This document shows, piece by piece, positions 1-11,723 of a DNA stretch of 37,932 bases. Where the stretch lies: the NCBI GenBank assembly GCA_025201805.1, contig MU619328.1, positions 91,653 to 129,584 of the forward strand. The letters are read 5' to 3'. The translations under genes and the position numbers were made by a program. This stretch comes from Parasitella parasitica NRRL 2501 (taxonomy: Eukaryota > Fungi > Mucoromycota). How positions within the stretch are numbered: position 1 is the first letter of the stretch; every line of letters starts with the position of its first letter. The notes under the pieces are model-generated. The model did no database searches. It had not been told where the DNA came from and saw nothing but the letters and a program-made list of their open reading frames with translations.

Positions 1-3000
1 AATATTTATCATAAATATCACATATTTGCTCATAACTTTTGCTAAAATTACTGTGGAACCGAGATCTAACTTGGAAAACTTAGCGTTGACTTGGCACTCT
101 GTCTGGAAAAAAAAACTTTCATTGATGTTTATATTTGTTTAGATCTGCAGAATAGAAAATAAGAATAGTATAAGACAAACGTTTTAATATTATCGAGTTA
201 CGAAAACTTGAGATAACTCTATTCAAGATTCAACTTTTCATCTGCTGTTTGTATTTTTGACAACTGCATGAACCCTCTATTTTTGAATGTGATAACGGAT
301 CTTTACCTGATTATCTTGTATTGAATTTTTCTGATTGTAATGAAATGGCACCTATTATATGACACCAAAATTACATTAAAATAAAATCCAGATGGATCAT
401 GGCTAATCCATCCAAGAGAAAAATACATGAAAAGCATCATAAATAAACATTAACTAGTGTTGGTAAAAGCTTGCACTCCTGATCAAAGTACGATCTCCTA
501 CCACCCTAGCACATGCTAATGTTGAACAACGCTGCTCATAATCACAAGTAAACAAATTCCAATCATGTATAAACAATGTCATTGTTAAAACAATTGCAAT
601 AATTCTTAATGCCAGAAATGGCTTGTTTATTATACAATAATAAAAGCTCAGTCGTATTAGAAATAATCAGAATCCTCAGATATTACAATTCTGCCAAAAC
701 CATAATAGTATCAATTTCAATACCAACATACCGAAATCTCAACGAAAATACAAGTGACAGAATGTCAACAAAAGTCATTCTTCAAATAAGCTGTAAAATA
801 AGCATTCTCACTGTAGTGAGGCAATTTTACAAGTAATATAAATAAAAGCTCTCTTAAAGAGCATGTATCTTGTCTTCAGTTTTTCTTTTAATCAAAAATA
901 AAGGTGGAAAGACTATAATTATTGTATTTCTCTGGCTTTATTTTTTTACTTTTTTTTTATTTTCACATAAAATTGATCCCAATTTTATTGCGCTGATAAA
1001 ACACTAATCGATATAAGAGTTTTTTGCAAGTAACATCACCCTGAACAGGATATGATGTATTATCAAACTACAAAGCTATCTATTTTTGATCTGACAGTAC
1101 CTTATTGTTTGTCAATCATACAGATATGTGTCACAGATAACCTTCTTGATTTGAAAGAAAAACTTTATTCTCCTGTTTTGTCAAGTTTAACCACACTTCA
1201 TTGGACAATATCTAATCCTTAATTGAAGCGCATTATCATGGTCCCATATGTTAAATTATAGCAGACCAGTATTAATATTCGTAAAATCACGTTGCGATAC
1301 AGGATGGAAAAGGTGTGAGGAATTTACTATTATTTTAGGGGATTGGCACGAAAATTGAAAAACAAGTATAGGCTGGGCCTGAGGGTTATTAACAAAATAC
1401 AAAAAAATGATTAAAAGTAGATGAAACTTGTATGTGTGTAAAGAGTGCAAAAAAGCTATTGTTTGGCTGTCGACGGTGTCTCCACTTCTAATATTTTACT
1501 GAAATATTTGAGATGAATAGACTATGTTTGTAAGCAAAGGGGGAAAGATGATGATATATATTGCGTGAGATCTATTTTCCAAGCTACGAAAAAATGGCTT
1601 TACAGGTGAATTGCTGCAATCATATTACAGTAACTACAATGGCTGTCAAATTTAAACTAACAAATTCGAAGAACTTCGCTGTTGGGGACTTCGAGAAATT
1701 AACGAGCAGCATATGAGATATGTATACAAGGATTTTCTGTCAAATAGGCTTCTGCATCTAACCATAAAGTCTAAAAAGCTAAACACCTTTATACTATCAA
1801 GTTCCAAATCTCGACAATTCTTTACATTCACTTGAAGGAAATTTTCTGAATCTTACACAGATTTAAGCCCATAAATTTAAATAATCAATTCATCGTATTA
1901 ATGCTTGCACATCAGTACCTTGTCCACTTCAGTCTAACAGCCCTATTTTAATTTGGGTAGCAACCGCGTCTGGATTAGATTGAATACCAATATTTTACTA
2001 GCAGCTAATGAATTTCTATGGGCAGATCTTTGAAAATAGGTTCCTGGTGGCTGTGATATACATCTTCTGTTTTCATTGTAATGTTGAGTAGATAACCAGA
2101 GCACTTAGATGTAAAATTGAAATGGCATTATGGAATGCCCACAGATGTTGAAGAAGATAGGTCAAAAGCGCATTTCACCATTATTAATTGAGTTAAAAAC
2201 AGTAGATAAAACATTTTATTTAGGAAACACTTAATAATAGAGCTCAACACTAACAATCTATTGACTTCTTGAGACAAAGGCGCAATACAGATAAGCATAA
2301 AATACCAATATTATGTGCAGCCTCTTTTTCTCCAGGTCTACCTTATGCATATTTTCCAGCGAGATTCATCTTGTACCACTGGTAGTCTTTTTTTCCCATT
2401 CACTGCAGTATATTGATGAAGGTTGTACTTAATTTAGTTTTAATATATGCAATAGTCGTAGCCAAGTGCTACAGGTACATCAAGCTTTCTTCACAGCAAG
2501 AAAAATTCATCCCTTGATCTATGTGAACCCCTCTAACTCTGTCATACATACATGTTTACGGGACATTACTGCATTCCCGTATTTTATACAAGAGAAAATA
2601 AATATTACGGGTACTTCTGCAACTAGTGAGTATTCCCACTATTACATACAACACAGTATACCTTTGGCAGACTTGAACCTTAATTTTGATCTTCATGCAT
2701 GATTGGCAACTTGCATTTAATGAGTATTTTACCAGGTAGATATAGCATCCTTACAACAAATCCTATGCAAAGCAGGATAAACCAGCTTTTTCTGGACTGA
2801 TGTATTATATAATCCCCAATTATTAAACACCCTGAGAATTCAGGTAAATTTGAATACTGCTTTGTGCTACCATGGGAAGGAGCAGGAAGTAGTGAAACCA
2901 CTTTCCCTTGCTAATACGTGACCAGAATACCGCCCTAAATATCAAATACAGTAAAAATGACAATGGGACGTATCTACATGTCACCTTTTATGCTTAATGA

Positions 3001-3078
3001 AGAAAAGGTTGGAATACCCGATCATCTGAGAAAGAGAAAAAGTATACCGTGGTGGCAAGTACCAGCAGCCTATCTAAG

Positions 3079-3085
3079 TATAAAA
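3079..3085 (+). promoter_or_regulatory. TATA box of the GH3 gene
   Basis: TATAAAA ending 55 nt before the ATG at 3141, followed by a pyrimidine-rich stretch. Confidence 0.5.
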
Positions 3086-3140
3086 GGAGAATGGATCTAC
3101 AGCTTTCTCCCCTTTTCTTATTGTAACAAACATATTCAAT

Positions 3141-5630
3141 ATGCATTTTCCTTCGCTTTCTTCTTCTGCTTTGGGCCTCTTAATCGCTGTCAACGCTGCC
3201 ACTTTAACACAAGCCAAGGTCAATGTCTTGTCCTGGGATTCTGCATATGAGAAGGCTAAAGTTCTGGTTGACCAAATGTCTCTTGAGCAAAAGGTCAATA
3301 TCACCACTGGAGTTGGCTGGATGGTCGGCCGATGTGTTGGAAATACCTATGGAATCTCAAATCCTGATTTCCCTGCTCTTTGTCTTGAAGATGGTATATA
3401 TTGTCTTGATATCTCAAGCATAATTAATTTCAGATACTAAAAACAAAAATTACCTTTTTGCAGCACCTTTGGGTATGCGATTTGCTGACAATGTTACGTC
3501 CGGTGTGTCAGGTATCAATGCTGCTGCTTCTTGGGATAAAGAGGCCATTCATGCTCGTGGCGAATATATGGGCAAAGAATACTATGGAAAGGGTGTCCAT
3601 ATTCAATTGGGACCTGGTATGAACTTTATGAGGTAAAAGATACTTATTAAACATGATTTTTCTGTAATACTTATACGAATTAAAATTACAGGAGTCCAGA
3701 AGGTGGCCGTGGGTTTGAAAGTAAGTATTCAATGTATAGAACATGTAATATCTGATAATTAAGCCAGATATGTATGCTAGGTCATGGTGAGGATCCTTAC
3801 CTTCAAGGTGTAGCTGCTGCCGAAACTATCAAGGGTATTCAATCCGAAGGTGTCATTGCCACTGCCAAGCATTACATTTTGAACGACCAAGAACTCAACA
3901 GAAACACGGGCTCTTCGAATGCCGATGAAAGAACTTTACATGAAATTTATCTCTGGCCTTATGCTCGTTCTGTTGAAGCTGGTGTAGGATCTGTTATGTG
4001 CAGCTACAACAAGTTGAAAGACACTTATGCCTGTGAGGATGACTACACTTTAAACACTGTGCTAAAGGGCGAGCTTGGATTCAAGGGCTTTGTTCAGTCT
4101 GACTGGGCTGCTACCAAATCTACAGCCAAGTCTGTAAATGCTGGTCTGGACATGACGATGCCAGGTGACATTACGTTTCAGTCTGGTGATTCCTACTTTG
4201 GCCCCAATTTGACCCTGGCTGTTAACAACGATGAAGTCAAAGAAGATCGTGTTACTGACATGGCCATGCGCATCGTTGCTTCTTGGTATAAGGTGGGCCA
4301 AGACAAAAACTTCCCCAAGACCTCCATCAACGCTTTCCATCGTGATGAAGCTGATTATGTCAATGTCCAAGCTGATCATAAAAAATTGGTTCGCTCAATG
4401 GGTGCTGCATCCAATGTTCTTCTCAAAAACTCTGGCGTTCTTCCCTTAGATACTAAAAAGGTCAAGTCTATTGCCCTTGTTGGTAGCGATATCAAGAATG
4501 GAGCTTCGTAAGTAGTTGCCAATTTTGTAATTCAATTTATTTTGTAAAATAACAAGTCATCGTTAGAGCTATTAACGACGCTACCACTTGTGCTGATCAT
4601 GGTTGCTCTGATGGCCACCTTGCTCAAGGCTGGGGTTCTGGCACGGCTGATTTCCCCTACTTAATTGACCCTCTTACCGGCCTTACCAATGCTCTAGGTA
4701 AGGACGTCAAGATACAATCGTCTACTAGTGATTGGGACCTCAAGAAAGCTGCTGAGACTGCCAAAGACGTAGATGTCGCATTCGTTTTCTCTACTGCTAA
4801 CTCTGGTGAAGAATATATTGTGGTCGATGGCAACATTGGAGACCGTAACAACCTTTCATTGTGGAATAACGGTGATAACTTGGTAAGATAATTTTTATTA
4901 TGAAAATAAATGCTGTACTAAACCACAATATACACAGATCAAGGCTGTTGCTGATGCCAACAAGAATACTGTTGTTGTTCTCAACACTGTCGGCGCTGTA
5001 TTAATGCCCTGGATCAACCACCCCAACATTAAGGCCATTATGCTTCCTGGTCTCGCTGGTCAAGAATCTGGCAACTCTCTTGCTGATGTTGTTCTGGGTA
5101 AGGTCAATCCTTCGGGCCGTCTACCTTACACCATTGCCAAGAAGTACGACGATTACAACGTTCATCCAGATCCTGCCGCTCAAGTCAACTACTCTGAAAA
5201 GCTGTTGGTGGGATACAAATGGTTTGATCATGCCAACATTGAGCCCTTGTTCCCTTTTGGCCATGGCTTATCTTACACTAAATTTGATTACAATGGATTA
5301 AAATTGAAGGCAAAAAAGAACAAGGACTCTGTCACTGTCAACGCTTCTCTGTTTGTGCAAAACTCTGGCAAGATTGATGGTTCTGAGGTTGTTCAAGCTT
5401 ATATTTCTTTCCCTGAAAGCGCTGGTGAGCCTCCCAAGCTTTTACGTGGCTTCGAAAAGGTCAATATCAAGTCTGGTAAGAAGACCAAGGTTGATTTCGA
5501 GTTTACCAAAACCGAGCTTAGTATCTGGGATACTGATTCTGCTAAATGGGTTGTTCCTTCTGGTAAGTTTACCCTCCAAGTTGGCGCCTCCAGCCGTGAT
5601 ATTCGTCAAAAGGCCAGCTTCACTCTTTAA
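3141..5630 (+). CDS. Secreted GH3 beta-glucosidase with C-terminal Fn3-like domain (6 exons)
   Basis: Exons 3141-3393, 3464-3632, 3692-3720 (29-nt exon), 3781-4507, 4567-4882, 4938-5630; all introns GT-AG and frame preserved. Signal peptide MHFPSLSSSALGLLIAVNA. GH3 motifs LEDAPLGMR, PEGGRGFE-SHGEDP, AKHY, MCSYN, FVQSDW (nucleophile Asp), QGWGSG, ANSGEEY, GQESG, PSGRLPYT, PFGHGLSY, LRGFEK. Confidence 0.95.
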
Positions 5631-7000
5631 TTTTAAAAACTAGTTGTTATCTTATTGAATCTAGATATTACGTTCGGCAAAATTTATAAAATCTTTGAAC
5701 GAAAATTTAAAACGTAAAAACTTGTGAAAGGCATTATCTGATAAGATATAAGCCGAGGATAATTGTAGTTTTAAAGCACTCTTTAATTAAAATTTTAGTA
5801 AATATTGCTTGGATTGTTATTTGAATCTAGATCATCTAAGAGAAATCTGCTTTCCGTATGTCATATGATATATATGATGGAGAAATCAGGTAATACAGCA
5901 TACTACTCTGTCGAATGAAAGCTAAATTTTCCAGTGAAATATTCTAAATAATTCAATAACAGGAAACTTTAAAATTGCGGGGAAGACCCTGAATTTTTTA
6001 TCATGAGTAAATTATTAGCCAAACAAATTGTGTCAAGGTGTATTTTCAAGCAATTCCTATTGCAATTGATCATTCGAAAGATGTAAACTATTTCACTTGC
6101 TATTACTCACATCGGATCATCGCCTTGTGAATTCATAATACAATATTGCAGAGCAAGAATTTAGCAACTGTCGAGAATTTCACGCTTACAAAATTTGTCC
6201 TTACTTAGGAGCTACTTCGCAACTGACACAGAATCAGCAAGAAGTAAGTCTTGAACCTTCAATTTTGCTTGACCTTATTACTTAAGGCACTCTTGGTAAG
6301 GGACAATAGGAACAACAGCCTAAATAGTGCACTGGATGACCCAATGTTGTGAGCCTTTTCATTATTAAACCGACGAAATATTACATTCTCGAATTTTCGA
6401 CTGTATTGCCTCTAAGCAAGTATCTGTCGACAAGGAAAGATATGTATACAAAAATTGAACGCAATAGGAGATTTTTGTTATGGAAAAGAAATACATTCCC
6501 CGTTTCAGTAGTCATCACTCCCCAAGTAGCAGATTGGCTATCCAAGGATGGGTGCTTTGACCATACAACTAATACGCGTACTGTTGGTGCGCAAAAAAGA
6601 TTCAAAGCACTAGGGTATTGAGGGATAAACTCAAGGTATGTATTGATGTTTTTACGAGCAAGTAGCACGTATTTATATAGTAATTTATCCTATGCAATTC
6701 ACATGCGTTGCAAATGTCAAACATGGAATAAAACGACCTTTTTCTCTCGTAAACTTAACTTAACATTGTTTTAGAACATTCCTCTCTAAATGTGTATTTA
6801 TTTATATCACAGAGAACTGGTCGTTTCCATACGATTATATATCATTGAATAGTATCCCTTTGTTTTTACTGTCGGCAAACATACTACCTGTCGATTTATA
6901 TCCGTGTAATCGAAAAAAAAAAAAATATGAAATTAACCGCGTTACTTGGTGTTTTACTTTACCCATTATTATCTGTTCAATATTTTGAATGTAAACCAAA

Positions 7001-7243
7001 GTAATCACAATTGACAAATTCCGAACGTCCAAAATTTGCAGTAAATGCCAAACTCTTAACTTGGTGCCAGCCTCACTTGTTACTAGGTTGAGTGCGCTTA
7101 CTTGTTCTTCTTACCACACTCTTCGGCAAAGAGAAATTAATGCCTTCCGCAACATGACGACAATCTTTATCAGCTTTTGGCAGGGACAAGAAAGACCAAC
7201 ACCTTTTCAACATACCACCACATTGCCACAGCCATCGCTGTAA
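7001..7243 (+). mobile_element. Decayed Fanzor (eukaryotic TnpB-like) nuclease remnant: RuvC-II / zinc finger / RuvC-III C-terminus
   Basis: Frame from 7001 reads VITIDKFRTSKICSKC-x18-CSSYHTLRQREINAFRNM...FWQGQERPTPF. This matches the Fanzor/TnpB terminal pattern (V/I)DExxTSxxCxxC...CxxC...WxRDxNAxxN...RP. No start codon; in-frame stop at 6992-6994. Confidence 0.8.
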
Positions 7244-7842
7244 CAAAAACAACTTGCCTAATGTATTTAGATGGCCACATTTATTTGACCTTTGTTATTT
7301 GGATGCTGTACAGGTAAGCATCTGAAAATTATGTTTACTTTGTTTAAAAACTAATCTCACCTAAATTTTTATTCTTCATTTGTCTAGAAAAGGTAGGTCA
7401 AACATCTGTCATTTGTCCAGAAAAAAACGAACAACGTCTAGATCCAAAGTAGAAATACCGTACAAGATTGTAGCATGTTGTTCAGAACAGCATTTTACGA
7501 ATTGTGTGAATTCAAAAGAAATTAGAACGTTCTTTTCTATTCGGCCAAGACAAACACAAGAATCTAACAAAGTCTATAATATAATATTTATATTTGCTTA
7601 AAACTACTACTTTGAATCTAATCAATTTACTCAAACTTTAACAGAAAGGGGGTATATATGCTTTTTTAAAGTGCAATGATGTATGAGTGATGTCTTTGTT
7701 AAAGAGCAGCGTCGAGTTACACGATATTTTTCTTTACGTCATGTTAACTAGATCTACAGCATAATAATGAGAGAAGGTGACTGCAAGAAGCTTCATGGTG
7801 ACCTCATTTGAGTTGCATGAACTGAGACTATCCAAGATTTTG

Positions 7843-7849
7843 TATAAAA
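7843..7849 (+). promoter_or_regulatory. TATA box of the Ish1-like gene
   Basis: TATAAAA about 75 nt upstream of the ATG at 7923. Confidence 0.45.
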
Positions 7850-7922
7850 AGCCATGGTATTTATGCAAAAGAGAATATGCATTCTACCTTCTCTAAAACT
7901 TTTCCATAATCAAGTATACACA

Positions 7923-9422
7923 ATGAAAGCATTCAGATATTTAGCTCTCCCCTTGACATACGCCGTCTGTCTTGCCTTGCTGGCTAATGAGGCCCAAGCA
8001 AAAGGTAGTACACTTGTTCAGATATATTAGTAATATAACAGCAGCTAACGAGACTTACTAGCTGCTACTACTCAAGTTGAAGACATTACCAATTGGACCA
8101 AAGATCAAGTTCAAGATTACCTTGACAAGTACCAAATCACCTATGACAAGAACGATCAGAATCTTTTGGACACTGCCAAGAAGTATCGTGATGCCGCAGT
8201 GGCTAATGCAGGTATTTTTATCAGTGATAAGGCTGATAGTGTTACGCGTTTGGCGGAGGGACTCAAGATTAAGCTGGAAAAGCAGTATAAGCTGTCCGCC
8301 AACAACATTGAGGGAATGGTTAATGATATTTCGCATGAATTGAAGCAGCTTGAGTTGAGTGGTCGCCTGACACAAGATAGGGTAAAGCAAGTGCTGGACC
8401 AGTACCAACACAAGGTAACCAAGCAAAAGTATGTCACTGCTGCTCAATGGAAGGAGATATCCAACGATATCCAGAGCTCGTTTGCTAGTCCTAACTGGTA
8501 CCAGCGTATCTTTGGTGGTGGGCCATCTCATTCCAAATTCTTTTCCGACAACTCCTTCCACACATGGCTTACTACTAGCGTCACTCAACGTTTACAACAA
8601 AACAAAGAGTTAACTAAAGCAGAAATCGACTCTGTCGTTGACGCCTTGCAGGACGCTATCCACAACACTTCCTCATCGGTTCAAGACCTCTCTGCATTAG
8701 GCACTGCTACCTGGTGGAAACAGTTCTCAAATAATCTTGAGAAGTCGGCCAAGTTCAAGCAAAACCAAATTGAAGATGTTGTTGACTCTTTAAAGGACGA
8801 AGTGAACGCCTATAAGATCTTTGCCATTGATTATGCCACGGAAACTACTCACCAGACACAAAGCCATTTGCTGAATGCTGCCCAATATCTCAGGAATGCT
8901 GGTTATGACATTTATCAGAAGATTGTTCATCCTTTGCAATCTAATCCAAAGAGAGAGGCTCAGGTAAATAGTGCTCTTCACGCTGCTTCGAGCGCGGCAG
9001 CGTCTGCTACCAACGCTGCTGATGCCTCTGCTTCCAGTTTACGTGCTCACGTCACCGATGCTGCTGGATCTGCTGCCGATGCCGCTGCATCCTCTGCCTC
9101 AGTATTGCGTTCTCAAGCTAGTGAAACCGCCTATGATGCCAAGGATAGCTTTGGGCGTTTCTGGCGTCAAAAGGAATTAGAGACTTACAAGAAGATTGGC
9201 TATACTGAAGCTCATATCGACTGGATTGAAAACTATCTTTCCAAGACGTTCCACGACAAGACCAACCTTGCAAAGGAAACTGTTCACCAAGCAGTCCGTA
9301 CCATACGCCAATATCTCGTCAATGCCAAGGTCCAAACGGCAGCTCATATTGATAGCCAATTAAAATCACTTGAAGGTCTTATCGAGTCTTGGAGACGTTC
9401 TACTGTTCGTGATGAATTGTAA
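7923..9422 (+). CDS. ER/nuclear-envelope lumenal Ish1/Les1/Msc1-like protein with RDEL retention signal (2 exons)
   Basis: Exon 7923-8004 encodes signal peptide MKAFRYLALPLTYAVCLALLANEAQAK; intron 8005-8061 (GTAGTA...GCTAAC...TAG); exon 8062-9422. Ish1-like motif NWTKDQVQDYLDKYQI, an Ala/Ser-rich segment and C-terminal RDEL. The gene is solid; the family call is moderate. Confidence 0.75.
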
Positions 9423-10340
9423 ATACACCGAAAATCCACATCATGAGTTCGTCATTTTTAAATCAGATGCAGCCGGAAACCTTTATTCATTATATATAAA
9501 TATTATAGTCAAAAATTTCAAGCTATTAAAAAATACATAAACATCACAACCTCTTACTTTGCCCCAAATTACGTTGAAACTTAATATTGGCAATATTTCT
9601 CATGTTTATTGTTCTCATTGTTTGTCGCTGAAAAAATTTTGGTGGTAGTGTGGATAGTACTTGGCATAAATAATATATCGCATATCGAGAGTGCTATATT
9701 GTATAAAAACTTGGTTACATAGATACACCTTGAATCCGGGTGTAAATCAGAAATCTCGGGTGGCTCAAAATTGTATTGCTTTTAGATGCACTGCAAAAAA
9801 AAATACTACTATATAATTTAGAACAAACAAAAAATCCAATGAATGGGGTGAAATCACAGAAATCAGCGGAAAATACGTTGTTCTTGGAAAAATCACCTCA
9901 TTTAAAACATTTTAAAAACTGGAACCCTTTGACTTTTTAGTACATCATCTCAAAAAAAAAAAGGGGGGGGGGGAATACGTCTATTTGATGATATTTCTCT
10001 GTTAACCTTAAATCATGCACCAACGAAATACCGATCAAATGAATAGCTGGTTACCTTTATCTGGAGATCGCGGCTGACAAGGAGATAGGAAGCCTTGGCA
10101 ACAGACTACACTGCTGACCGTCAAACTGAAATTCCTTAGTATTCAGACAAAACCCTCAAACAGTGATCGAAATCATTGGCTAAATTGTCCCCAAATGCCT
10201 TCTTCCCCAGAAGCCCAACAAGTTTTACATTTGCTTTGTAAAAACTTCTATACGGGTGCACTCTTCGAATTAGTTTAAATAAGACGACATTGAACATCTT
10301 TCTTTTGTTTTTTGATTTATCATCATACAGTACAACAAGC

Positions 10341-11723
10341 ATGTCAACTACAACAACCACGATGCAAATGAGCTCTGGTGGAAAGTATCCTCCTTATGCT
10401 TACACACAGACTGAGGATCGCCAACTTCCACTGGCTAATCCCAAGATGCCCCCCTTGTTTGATGAACCTACCACACTTCAGAATTTTTCTAGTCATGTCA
10501 ACTGGTTCCAATCCATCCTCTTGATCTCTACTCCTCTCTTAGGCATCTACCTTGCTTCCAAAACTGAATTGCAGACAAAAACGCTGTACTGGGCTATTGC
10601 CTATTACTTGATTACCGGTTTAGGCATTACTGCTGGTTATCATCGCTACTGGTCTCACAGATCTTATGATTGCACAATGCCTACTCGGATTGCCCTTTGT
10701 TTAGCCGGCTCTGGCGCTTTCCAAGGTTCTATTCACTGGTGGTCCCGCGGTCATCGTGCTCATCACCGTTGGACAGATTCTGACAAAGATCCTTATGCTG
10801 CTCCTCGTGGGTTCTTCTTTTCTCATATTGGCTGGATGTTGATTAATAGACCCAAGAACAGAATTGGCTATGCTGACACTGCTGATCTTAAGGCTGATCC
10901 TCTTGTTCGTTTCCAACACAAGAATTACATCTATTTTGCCGTATTCATGGCTTTTGTATTTCCTACCTTGGTTGCTGGCCTCTTGTGGGGCGATTGGAAG
11001 GGTGGCTTTGTTTTTGCTGGTCTCTGTCGTCTTGTTGCCATTCATCATGCTACTTTCTGTGTCAACAGTCTTGCTCATTACATTGGTGAAACACCTTATG
11101 ATGACTATCACACTCCCAAAGATTCTTGGATTACTGCTATTGTTACATGCGGTGAAGGCTACCACAATTTCCACCACGAGTTTCCTCAGGATTACCGTAA
11201 TGCTATTCTCTGGCATCAATATGATCCTACAAAGTGGCTCATTAGAGGCTTAAGTTTTTTTGGGCAAACCTATAACTTGAAGACCTTTTCTGCAAACGAA
11301 ATCCAAAAGGGTAAGGTCCAAATGATGGAAAAGAAGACTGACGAGATCAAGCGAAACCTTAGCTTCGGCAAAGCTCTTTCTGAACTGCCACTCTACACCA
11401 TGGAAGAATATCAAGACAAGGTCAATAAAGAGGATAAAAAGTGGATGTTTTTGGACGGTATCATTTACGACGTTGAAAACTTTGATCATCCTGGCGGAGC
11501 CAAGTATCTTAACGCTGGTATTGGCAAGGATATGACTAAATCCTTCAATGGCGGTATCTATAATCATTCAAATGGTGCTCGTAACTTGCTTTCTAGCATG
11601 CGTGTTGGCGTTGTTAAAGGTGCTGTTGATGCAAATCGTAGCTTTAGCAAGACTGAAGCTGCTCAAGAAAAGTGTGCTGAATATGACGGTTCTCTCGAGC
11701 CTGAAAAGAGGAAGACCAAGTAG
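10341..11723 (+). CDS. OLE1: Delta-9 acyl-CoA desaturase with fused C-terminal cytochrome b5 (intronless)
   Basis: His boxes HRYWSH, HRAHH and GEGYHNFHH; GITAGYHR, DPY, VNSLAH, YDPTKW; cytochrome b5 HPGG and HSNGARNLL. First ATG is at 10341 (the track start at 10290 is a TTG). Confidence 0.96.
   Translation: MSTTTTTMQMSSGGKYPPYAYTQTEDRQLPLANPKMPPLFDEPTTLQNFSSHVNWFQSILLISTPLLGIYLASKTELQTKTLYWAIAYYLITGLGITAGYHRYWSHRSYDCTMPTRIALCLAGSGAFQGSIHWWSRGHRAHHRWTDSDKDPYAAPRGFFFSHIGWMLINRPKNRIGYADTADLKADPLVRFQHKNYIYFAVFMAFVFPTLVAGLLWGDWKGGFVFAGLCRLVAIHHATFCVNSLAHYIGETPYDDYHTPKDSWITAIVTCGEGYHNFHHEFPQDYRNAILWHQYDPTKWLIRGLSFFGQTYNLKTFSANEIQKGKVQMMEKKTDEIKRNLSFGKALSELPLYTMEEYQDKVNKEDKKWMFLDGIIYDVENFDHPGGAKYLNAGIGKDMTKSFNGGIYNHSNGARNLLSSMRVGVVKGAVDANRSFSKTEAAQEKCAEYDGSLEPEKRKTK

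Noticed and set aside
1428-1470. LYVCKECKKA peptide resembling a C2H2 finger start
   Set aside because: No His pair and no surrounding ORF; consistent with chance.
3141-5630. GH3 as the beta-N-acetylglucosaminidase of a GlcNAc cluster
   Set aside because: It has beta-glucosidase motifs (KHY, SDW) rather than the NagZ KHFPGHG...DSH motif, and it lies more than 10 kb from the DAC1 relic.
8058-11219. Long antisense ORFs (8058-8588, 10701-11219) and similar overlapping ORFs elsewhere
   Set aside because: Shadow ORFs produced by the codon bias of the real genes on the opposite strand.
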